From Planctomycetia bacterium TMED53 (lineage in GTDB: Bacteria > Planctomycetota > UBA8108 > UBA1146), in assembly GCA_002167285.1 (NCBI GenBank), contig NHDG01000117.1, positions 67,133-131,132 on the forward strand: DNA of 64,000 nt, read 5' to 3'. How positions within the stretch are numbered: the first letter of the stretch is position 1; every line of letters starts with the position of its first letter. Positions 1 to 8,600 of this stretch are shown in pieces. A model generated the notes under the pieces. The model was not told where the DNA came from, ran no database searches, and saw only the letters and a program-made list of their open reading frames with translations. The position numbers and the translations under genes are program-made.

Positions 1-160
1 TCAAGAAACCTGAGTCTGTGGACTCAGTGAAAATTCGAGTCCGCGAGCTTTCCAGGGCAGGACTGCCGATTCTTTAAGTGAGATTTTTGGGTGCCGCCTC
101 ATCGACGAAAATTCGTGTGAGAAGCGGGTCCCACACGGGATTTTCAGGCTGCACTATCGC

Positions 161-198
161 CTCCCCCGGATGGTCCGGGGGAGGTTCTTTTTTCTTTA
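161..198 (+). terminator. Rho-independent terminator-like hairpin
   Basis: ctcccccgga (161-170), loop tggt, ccgggggag (175-183), followed by the T-rich run gttcttttttcttt. Confidence 0.7.
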
Positions 199-456
199 GG
201 ATGTCCTTAAGTCCCTATTTTTATTGACCTTAGGGCTGCATGGCGCGCTCTCCGAGGCCTCTGATCTGGGAAGATCCGGATCGTCCTCTATTTTTTCTGA
301 AAAAATCCTCAAGTAGACTCCAGTCACAGCCGATGACGAAAGTACGCGTGAATCTATCACCAGGATTCCTTCCCCGGGGGGGAAGCGTCGCTTGCAGGGC
401 TTCGAGACACCCTGTCAGTCGTTATCGATGAGATCTCGGAGGGAAAGTAGGGATGG

Positions 457-858
457 ATGAGCATCGAGAATATCGATGGTGTCGGCGGAATAGGTGCACC
501 TGAAGGAGCCGATGGCCCGGATAAACCGGGACAGGGGCCAGATAAGGCCGAAGGGGCTGAGAGCACCAACGAGAGTGGGAAGACAGGGGAGATCGGTGGC
601 TCTGAAGGGGTCAGCGAGGCCCAAGAGAATACGCAGGTCGATCCTGGCGATAAAACTGCTCTGAGACCAGGGGACCAGATCGATACTCCTCCCAGCCATT
701 TGGACCTCCTCGAGAAGATTCATCAGTTACCGGCAGATGGATCTCCTCTTGAGAAAAAATCCGAAGAGCAGATTCAGGAGATGAGCGAGGGATTCAAAGC
801 CGCTGATGAGGAACCCCTGAAGGAGATCATTCAAAAAATTCTCAATGAAGGTATTTGA
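457..858 (+). CDS. Hypothetical acidic, Gly/Glu/Pro-rich (probably disordered) protein, 133 aa
   Basis: Open frame from the ORF track. No recognisable domain. Its C-terminal 20 aa resemble the tail of the next small ORF. Confidence 0.4.
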   Translation: MSIENIDGVGGIGAPEGADGPDKPGQGPDKAEGAESTNESGKTGEIGGSEGVSEAQENTQVDPGDKTALRPGDQIDTPPSHLDLLEKIHQLPADGSPLEKKSEEQIQEMSEGFKAADEEPLKEIIQKILNEGI

Positions 859-881
859 TTTAGGGCAAAGGAGTCAGATCG

Positions 882-1046
882 GTGACGATCACGATGTTTC
901 CAGACGCTGGCCCGCCTTTTGAAGAGGAATCAAGCTCGCTATGCCCACGTTGCGGAAAGTGCTCACGTTGCGGAGCGGGCTTAAAAGCTGAAGACTATGA
1001 CGAACTGCAAGAAATAATCGAGAAGTTGCTCAAGCAAAGTATTTGA
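882..1046 (+). CDS. Small Cys-rich protein (about 54 aa) with a CPRCGKCSRCG zinc-knuckle-like motif
   Basis: AAGGAG (868-873) lies 8 nt upstream of GTG 882 (an alternative ATG is at 894). The frame is open to TGA 1044-1046 and a terminator follows. Too short to appear in the ORF track. Confidence 0.4.
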   Translation: MTITMFPDAGPPFEEESSSLCPRCGKCSRCGAGLKAEDYDELQEIIEKLLKQSI

Positions 1047-1102
1047 GTGATCTCCGTCTTGTACGTAGGTTTTTGAGGCAAAATCTCAACATTGATCTTT
1101 TG

Positions 1103-1131
1103 AACCCCGTTCATTTGAGCGGGGTTTTTTT
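1103..1131 (+). terminator. Rho-independent terminator
   Basis: aaccccg (1103-1109) pairs with cggggtt (1120-1126), followed by a T run. Confidence 0.75.
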
Positions 1132-1254
1132 ATCGGCTTATTTCTGTTTTCTGCGAGTGGTGACACATTGCAAGATCTGCGGCGCCGGTATTAGATGTGG
1201 CGCACAGTGTAAGCCATCATTCAGAGCAAAAAACCTGAGCCGAAGGGGTGCCCC

Positions 1255-1623
1255 ATGGCAGAAGAAGAAACGGTTGAGAACTCCGAGAAGGAAGCGATCG
1301 CTCCGATTTCATTCGACGATTTTATGAATGTTGAGTTGAGGACTGCAAAGGTTCTCGAAGTGGAGCCCCATCCCAAAGCAGACAGGCTTTGGTTGTTGAA
1401 AATCGATGGTGGAGATGAGCAGCGCCAAATCGTTGCAGGAGTTCGATCCCACTACACCGCAGATGAGTTGTTGGGGGCGACGATCGTCGTCGTATGGAAC
1501 CTTCAGCCTGCAACGATTCGTGGCGTTGAATCGAAGGGAATGCTCCTTGCGGTTCAGGATGGGGAAGTGGTCCGTTTACTCGGGCCCGATGGAAAAGTCG
1601 CTGCTGGCTGCAGAGTTGGCTAG
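1255..1623 (+). CDS. csaA: tRNA-binding OB-fold protein (CsaA / EMAP-like domain)
   Basis: LRTAKVLEVEPHPKADRLWLLKIDGG...QIVAGV...VVVWNLQPATIRGVESKGMLLA matches the tRNA_bind domain pattern. Confidence 0.75.
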   Translation: MAEEETVENSEKEAIAPISFDDFMNVELRTAKVLEVEPHPKADRLWLLKIDGGDEQRQIVAGVRSHYTADELLGATIVVVWNLQPATIRGVESKGMLLAVQDGEVVRLLGPDGKVAAGCRVG

Positions 1624-1637
1624 GGGAGAGTTCGCAA

Positions 1638-3332
1638 GTGCTGGTTCATCTGTCAGTGGAAGATTTGGGATTGATCGAGCGGGTTGATTTTGACCCTTGC
1701 GATGGGCTCCATGTCTTAACCGGGGAAACGGGCGTGGGGAAATCGATGCTTTTGGCATCGATGCTGATGTTGCGTGGTGAGCGCGCTCGAACCGATATGA
1801 TTCGCAGGGGAGCTGAGAAGGCGATGGTCAGAGGTATTTTCCATTTGACCGGTGAGTTGGCCGACAAGGTCAGTACTGAGTTGGGAACCCCCATCGAAGA
1901 TGATGAGCTGATCGTTGAGAGGGAAATCTCGCGGGAGGGTCGTAGTCGTTGTCGTATCGATGGTCGCGAATCGACGGCAAAGGTTCTCAGGCGAATCGCT
2001 CCTCTGTTGATTGAGGTGATCGGACAAGGTCAGGCTTTGACCCTCCTCAAGTCGGAGACTCAATTGGATCTTCTCGATCGTTTTGGAGATCTTCTCGACA
2101 TGCGCGAATCGCATTCGCGCTCTTGGCATGAGGCCAAGGAGTTGGAAGCTCGAATCAAATCCCTCGAAGAGAATCAGCGAGAGCGAAAAGATCGGGCTGT
2201 CTTTCTTGAGCATGTGATTCAAGAGTTGGAAGAAGCTCAGCTTGTCAGTGGTCAACGAGCAGCTCTGGAACAAGAGTTAGAGCTCCTTGAGGAGAGAGAT
2301 CGGGTTTTGGCCTCAATTGAAAGTGCCAGACTCCGTATCCTCGAAAACGATGGTGGAGTCATCGATACTCTGGGATCAACCGAGCGCGATTTACAAGGCT
2401 TCGAAGCCTTGCACCCCGGAATCGCGAATCTTCGGGAGGCAAGTTTGCACTCCAGAACTCTCCTTGAGGAAGCGATGAGGGAAGTTGCGGCGTTGGAATC
2501 GGATCTCGATATCGATCCTGTGGCTCTTGATCGCAAGCGGCGACGCCTCGATACCATCGTGACTCTCGAAGAAAAATTTCATCGGTCGGAAGAGGATTTG
2601 GTGCACTTTCTCCAAGAGTGCAAAGAAGAACTCACTGGAATCTCGGGGGATGCAGAAGAGCTTCCTGAATTGCAAGCTGGCCTGGAGCGTTGCATTCAAC
2701 AGTTGACAGAAGGTGCAAACCGTTTGAGCTCGGCGAGGAAAGCAGTCATCGCCAAGCTGACAAAGCAATGCGCTCAAGAGCTGACCGACCTGGGGCTTGA
2801 AAAAGCAGAATTGACAGGAGTTCTTGAGGCCCTTGCCGATTCTGAGAGCTGGAATGGCATGAATGAGTTCGGCCAAGATCGATTTCAAATCTGTTTCAGC
2901 GCAAACCCTGGTGAACCGGTTCAGCCCCTGGCAGCAGTCGCTAGTGGTGGAGAGCTTTCCAGGGTGATGCTCGCTCTGCAAAAAACCTTGGCAGGAGTCA
3001 CGGGAACAGGAACTCTGGTTTTCGATGAGATCGATAGCAATGTTGGCGGCCGAATGGGTTTTGCCATCGGCAGTAAGTTGCGGGAGATCGGTGAAAATCA
3101 CCAGGTTCTTTGTGTGACACACCTTCCCCAAGTCGCGTGTCACGGCAAGCGGCAGCATCGTGTTGTCAAAAGTGTCGATGCCGAGGTCACACGTACCTTC
3201 CTCGAAGAATTGGTCGAAGAAGAGAGGATCGAAGAGATCGCTTCAATGCTGAGAGGGGATCGAGCGACTGCCAGGTCTTTGGATGAAGCACGGGAGATGC
3301 TTGCCGAAGCAGAAAGCCTGGAGAACGCTTGA
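1638..3332 (+). CDS. recN: DNA repair protein RecN
   Basis: Walker A LTGETGVGKSMLL, long coiled-coil middle, signature GGELSRVMLAL, Walker B LVFDEIDSNVGG. GTG start. Confidence 0.95.
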   Translation: MLVHLSVEDLGLIERVDFDPCDGLHVLTGETGVGKSMLLASMLMLRGERARTDMIRRGAEKAMVRGIFHLTGELADKVSTELGTPIEDDELIVEREISREGRSRCRIDGRESTAKVLRRIAPLLIEVIGQGQALTLLKSETQLDLLDRFGDLLDMRESHSRSWHEAKELEARIKSLEENQRERKDRAVFLEHVIQELEEAQLVSGQRAALEQELELLEERDRVLASIESARLRILENDGGVIDTLGSTERDLQGFEALHPGIANLREASLHSRTLLEEAMREVAALESDLDIDPVALDRKRRRLDTIVTLEEKFHRSEEDLVHFLQECKEELTGISGDAEELPELQAGLERCIQQLTEGANRLSSARKAVIAKLTKQCAQELTDLGLEKAELTGVLEALADSESWNGMNEFGQDRFQICFSANPGEPVQPLAAVASGGELSRVMLALQKTLAGVTGTGTLVFDEIDSNVGGRMGFAIGSKLREIGENHQVLCVTHLPQVACHGKRQHRVVKSVDAEVTRTFLEELVEEERIEEIASMLRGDRATARSLDEAREMLAEAESLENA

Positions 3333-4336
3333 GCAGCGACCTTCGAACGATACTCAAATTGTCGGCGACTGCTGTCGAAAAGCCCTGGGGTGGCAGGAAG
3401 TTGGAACGATTTCTTTCTGCTGACCAGTTGCCAGAGGGTCCCCTCGGTGAGGTTTGGCTTGTCTCCACCGTTGGTGCTCAAGAATCGCATTCTATGATCT
3501 TGAATGGCCCCCATGCGGGGAAGTCTCTTAGCGAGTTGATCGAAGAAGATCGCAGTCAAGTGCTCGGTAGAAGTGTTGGTGGATCTTCAGCGAACGACTA
3601 TCCACTGTTATTCAAGTTGATCGATGCCGACAGTGATTTGTCGGTTCAAGTTCACCCCGGAGATTCCCTGGCACAAGAGATGGGGCTCGGCGAAACAGGG
3701 AAGGAAGAAACCTGGCTCATCCTTGAAGCAGAACCTGGATCCACTGTCAGGGCAGGGTTCGCGGATGGTTGGGATTTGGATCGATTACTCGCGACGATTC
3801 GAGCGGGCAGTGACGTAGAGTCTGCATTGCAGAAGTTCGAGGTGAAGCGTGGAGATCTGATTCACATTCCCCCTGGAACAGTTCACTCCATCGGTGCTGG
3901 AATCCTGTTGGCAGAGATTCAGCAGCCTAGCGATGTGACCTTCAGAATTTATGACGGGGAGACTCTCGGATCGGACGGGTTACCTCGGGAGTTGCATTTG
4001 GATCAAGCGTCTCGTGTTGCTCAAATCGATCCACCGCTTTTGAAGGTGGCTGCAACCCTCGAATCTGACCGCTGGCAATCACGGATTTCTGTGAATCCTT
4101 ATCAAATCGAAGAGCTTCGTGGCCGCTGGTCCGGAGACTTACCCTTGCCAGAGAAAAGTAGTTGTATTTTTTGCGCTCTCGAGGGGCAGGCTCGATTGAG
4201 CCTCGATGGTGAGGAGATCGACGTGATCGCTTCTGGAGAGGCTCGATTAGTTCTTCCCGGGGAAGCGAAACTATCCATGGATACGCTGAAAGAGGGCTGG
4301 TTCGCTATCTTCTCCCCATTGAATAGGCCTCGTTGA
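3329..4336 (+). CDS. manA: Type I mannose-6-phosphate isomerase
   Basis: KPWGG, LSVQVHP, KEETWLILEA, IPPGTVHSIGAGILLAEIQQPSD. The TTG start overlaps the recN stop. Confidence 0.8.
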   Translation: MSSDLRTILKLSATAVEKPWGGRKLERFLSADQLPEGPLGEVWLVSTVGAQESHSMILNGPHAGKSLSELIEEDRSQVLGRSVGGSSANDYPLLFKLIDADSDLSVQVHPGDSLAQEMGLGETGKEETWLILEAEPGSTVRAGFADGWDLDRLLATIRAGSDVESALQKFEVKRGDLIHIPPGTVHSIGAGILLAEIQQPSDVTFRIYDGETLGSDGLPRELHLDQASRVAQIDPPLLKVAATLESDRWQSRISVNPYQIEELRGRWSGDLPLPEKSSCIFCALEGQARLSLDGEEIDVIASGEARLVLPGEAKLSMDTLKEGWFAIFSPLNRPR

Positions 4337-4451
4337 CCCCCCTGTGGAGAGTCGCTAACATCGTGCCTTGCCCAAATCTTCAAGGGGAAAAACTGACAGC
4401 CTGTCCCGCTGCGGTTTTTGAAGATCGGGGAACCCCGGGAGGAGATGTCCC

Positions 4452-4976
4452 ATGAACAGAGTCCGCCGCCGCCCCCAGAGGGGCCGATCCGGTGCCGATA
4501 ACGGCAATGATGCTGGATCCGATGAGAAAAAACCGTATCGCCCTCAGCCAAAGAAGGGGGCTCATCCTGCGGTTGTCATCGTCACCTTGGTGCTATTGGT
4601 GGGGACCGTCTCGATGTTTGCTTACAGCTACATCAATCGTCCCACACAACCGAAAGTCGTGATCGAAGAGACGACCAACGACAAAGAATACCGTGCTATT
4701 CAGAAGGATATCGCCAAGTCTCGCTCACTTTCTCGTGAGGTCGTTCAAATGCGCAGTGACGACGATTCGCGAGCTTTTGCCAGAAAGTGGCAGCAAGCGA
4801 TGGGTTTTTCCAGCGCGACTCAGCAAAAGCTGCGTGAGATGTTGGCTGAAGTTCGTAATGAAGATGGAACACTCCCTCCAGAGTATTCAGGCTACAACAC
4901 CGACTTCACAACGATGCAGACTATCATCGGAGACTTGGCAAAGGTCGCTCCGATGTTCACTGAGGATGAGGATTAG
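4452..4976 (+). CDS. Hypothetical single-pass membrane protein with a basic N-tail
   Basis: Arg/Lys-rich N-terminus, one TM (AVVIVTLVLLVGTVSMFAY), soluble C-terminal domain, no known motif. Confidence 0.5.
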   Translation: MNRVRRRPQRGRSGADNGNDAGSDEKKPYRPQPKKGAHPAVVIVTLVLLVGTVSMFAYSYINRPTQPKVVIEETTNDKEYRAIQKDIAKSRSLSREVVQMRSDDDSRAFARKWQQAMGFSSATQQKLREMLAEVRNEDGTLPPEYSGYNTDFTTMQTIIGDLAKVAPMFTEDED

Positions 4977-4978
4977 AC

Positions 4979-5545
4979 TTGGCTCAGCGTAAAGTAAAGC
5001 GATCGGCAAAGAAGGCAGCCCCTAAGGTGGCCCCCAAGTCGAATTCCCAGTCGAAAGTGATTCGGGCTGAGGAAGACGATTTCGACATGGGCGATCTGAT
5101 CATCGGCCTATGTGGATTGATCGGCCTTCCTGTGGTTACTCTGATCATCCTTTCTTTCATTGGAATGCCGTTTGGTGGCACTGCAGAAATGAACAGCCAG
5201 CAGGCAGATGTTTATCGTGGCTTAGAAAATATCGTTCCTCCGATGACTGAGTCTGAAGCGCTGATCGTTCTCAACCGAGTCAAATATTGGGTTGATGATC
5301 GCGCCAAGGATTACATGAAGCGATCGCGTGGAACTGAAGACAATGCGATCAAAAGGTACTGGCAAGAAGTCGCCAAGGGAGTTCTTGGCAAGGCGGAAGC
5401 GGACCTGAAAAGGGTTCAGTCAGATTTCCGCAAGAACCCGAAGGCGGATGCGGGGATCCTCGATAGTGCCCAACAGTTCCTCTCCCAAATCGACACTCTT
5501 CAGGTACAGATTCAGCAGGAAGATCCATTCCGTCAGGTTCGCTAA
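4979..5545 (+). CDS. Hypothetical single-pass membrane protein with a basic N-tail
   Basis: Lys-rich N-terminus, TM LIIGLCGLIGLPVVTLIILSFIG, helical C-terminal part. TTG start 2 nt after the previous stop. Confidence 0.5.
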   Translation: MAQRKVKRSAKKAAPKVAPKSNSQSKVIRAEEDDFDMGDLIIGLCGLIGLPVVTLIILSFIGMPFGGTAEMNSQQADVYRGLENIVPPMTESEALIVLNRVKYWVDDRAKDYMKRSRGTEDNAIKRYWQEVAKGVLGKAEADLKRVQSDFRKNPKADAGILDSAQQFLSQIDTLQVQIQQEDPFRQVR

Positions 5546-5699
5546 CGACCGACCTTCCGATTCGTCGTGAAATTGGGAATTTTTTGAGCCCCTCGTAAAA
5601 TGCCCTGCAGGCGCGATTGACGCCATTCTACCCTCCTATAGCGGTCCAATTTGGAATCTCGTCGTATCCTTATTCGGGAGCGGTAGGCGCTCGGCGCCC

Positions 5700-8600
5700 A
5701 TGGAGCCCCGTTCCCGGGGAATCAAGATGGGCTCTGTCCAAACGGGTGAAACGATCAATGGTCGCTATCGCATCCTCCGTCAACTCGGAGAAGGTGCCAT
5801 GGGGACGGTATTCCTTTGTGAGGATCTCACCCGGGTTCGTCGCAAGGTCGCCCTGAAAATTCTGCGTTCCGATCGTCTGGAAGACTCGGAAGAGTGGTCG
5901 AAGGTTGAGTACGAGGCATTAACTCGGCTTCGTCATCCCAATCTCGCACGGGTCCATGATTTCGGCAGGATCCAGGAGAGCCACGATTGGTTCATAGTTA
6001 GCGAGTTTATCAGGGGTGACGATCTCCTTGGCGCATCGACATCTTTTGAAGAAGCAGAGTTTCTCGATGTGGTTGTGCAGATTTGCAGGGCACTCGAATA
6101 CATCCATTCCCAAGGGTATGTCCATTTCGATATCAAGCCAGATAACATCCTTGTCACGCGCACTCGCCAGCTCGGGTCTGATCAGACTTCAAAAGTAGTT
6201 CAAGATGGTCCCACGGATGGATCTACCGATCGTTGCCTAGGCCCGCCAGTGGCAAAGTTGATCGACTTTGGTCTCGCAGAAAAAATTACAGGTACTTTCG
6301 ACTTTGCGATCAAAGGTACCTTGCACTACGTCGCACCCGAAATCATCGATGGAGGAACTCCAGATCGAAGGGCCGACCTTTATTCCTTTGGAGTCTCCCT
6401 CTACCAGATCCTTGCCGGGCGCCTGCCTTTTGTCGCACCCGATGGAACAACTGTTGGTCGAGTTGAGGGGCGTTGGAAAGAAGACTTACGCAGGGATCTC
6501 TCCGGTGAGCATCCATGGCTGATCGAAATCATCTTGAGGTTGCTCGAAAAAGATCCAGAGAAACGATTTTCGACAGCAAGGGAGATCATTCAGGCGGTGA
6601 GTGCTGGTGCTGGCAGGCATTGGCAGGTTGAAACTGCCGAAACCCAGATCTCATATTTGCACAGTAATCGATTAATCGGGCGAAGGTTTGAACTGGAGCA
6701 TCTCAGGGATGGAGTCGAGAGAGGAACAGGTCTCGCCCTCCGCGAAGGTGGAGAGGAGAGAACTGTCGATCGCAGTCGTCCTCTACTGCTCGTTTCTGGA
6801 GAGATCGGTATCGGAAAAAGTCGCCTCCTCGATGAGTTTGCCCATCACTTGAAACTTCGGGAAATCCCGTTTTTCACCGGACATTGCCTGGAGGCTGGCC
6901 AAGAAGCTTATCAGCCATTCAGAACCATTTTGGAGCAGATGTCACTCTCGGTGGGGTTGGATTCGGATCTGTACAAAGAAAATGCCTCTTTGTTGCAACG
7001 GGTTTGCCCCCGCTTGCAGGATCCGGATCAGCAACAGGAAAGAGGGCATTCCTTCGATCCGATGGGAAGTCAACTCATCGATCAACTCGCTCTCTTTATC
7101 GAGAGATGCTCAGAAGAAAAACCCTGCGTCGTCGTACTCAACAACCTTCATTGGGCCGATGATTCGACTGTGAATCTCCTGCAGAGATTATCTGAAAGAG
7201 TCTTGAAAGAAGAATCGGCAAGCAGGCTTCTACTGGTATTGACGATGAGGGATGACGATCAGAAGTCCCCTGTTTTAAAGGAGTTCCTGGAAAAAAATTC
7301 AGAAGCTGGAACCGTCGATGAATTGGCGCTGAAAAGATTTGGGCGACCTCAAATCGCTGAACTGATTCAGCATGTTTTGCAAGTCGATGCGGTTCCATCA
7401 AACTTCCTCGATCGACTCGAAGAAAGAACCGCAGGGAATCCGCTCTTTATCGTCGAAATGTTGAAAGTGCTTCAGGAAGAAGGAATCATCTTCAGAGATT
7501 CTGATGGCTGGAGTATTCGTGGCGGCGGTGAATTGTCACGAGTGGAGTTGCCTGCAGGAATCCATCAGGTTCTCCATCGAAGGGTCAGAGTACTTCAAGA
7601 GGGTACCCGCAGCTTGTTGAGGTTGTTGGCTTTGCATGGACGCCCTGCACCGGTCAAGCTGCTCGAATCTGTCGAAGGATTTAAAGAAACTCTTCGGGAT
7701 GACCTTCGTGAATTAGACGCAAGAGGAATGGTGTCGAGGAGTCTTGATTCAGGAAGACCCACCTACGCCATCATGCAACCGAAGCTCCAAGAGATCATCT
7801 GCAGGGATATTCCTCCTGCTGAGGCTCGCAGGCTTCATGGTTTATTGGCTGAAGGGCTCGAGAGCTATCACGGAGAAGATCTTTCTCCCGTTCATGAAGA
7901 GCTCTCATTTCATTACCAAAGATCTGATCGTCCTGAAAAAGCATTGAATCATCTGTTAGCAGCAGGTGAAGCGATGCAGGAGATCCATGCCCACGATAAG
8001 GCGTTAGAGCACTACCAGCAGGCTTTAGAGAGGCTCGAGTCCGCTGAGCTTCAACTCCTTGAGCATTTAGCGGTATGGGAAAAGATCGGCGATGTATCGA
8101 TCCTCCTAGGCCGTCATGATCTTGCGACGGAGTCGTTCCAAAAAGTCGTATCCCAGCCGGTCGATGCTGAAGTTCGCAATGTTGAAACCGATCTGTATCG
8201 GATTCGCGCATTGCGCAAGTTAGGCAAGATCGATGAAATACTCGGTGATTACCCGGCAGCATTGCGTTGGCTCAGGGAGTCTGCGGATATGGTGATGAGA
8301 CTCGATTCTGATTTCCGTGATCAAGAACAACATCGGGTGTTGGGATCTTTGGCATGGATCCATCATTGCACCGGAGATCACGAGAAGGCGATGAGTATTA
8401 GTGCCGAAGGAATTTCACTTCTCGGGGAAGCCGATTCGAGTTCCGAAAGAGCACAGTTTTTGACAACGATCGGGCATGCTTCCCATTCGCGGGGAGAGTT
8501 CGATCAGGCCATCGATTACCACCAGAAAGCTTTGGATATCTTCGAGGGCTTGGAAGATTCACCAGGAATCATCCGCACCCTGAATGCGATCACGGCGTCC

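Noticed and set aside
33-47. ttcgagtcc, a tRNA/tmRNA T-loop-like motif
   Set aside because: The flanking bases (gtgaaaa / gcgag) cannot form a T-stem. No acceptor stem or CCA context is present.
240-431. 63-aa ORF, and ORF 1043-1327, near the window start
   Set aside because: Neither has a ribosome-binding site or motif. ORF 1043-1327 runs straight through a strong terminator hairpin and into the csaA start region.
2391-3158. 255-aa minus-strand ORF inside recN
   Set aside because: It is a shadow ORF antisense to an unambiguous recN.
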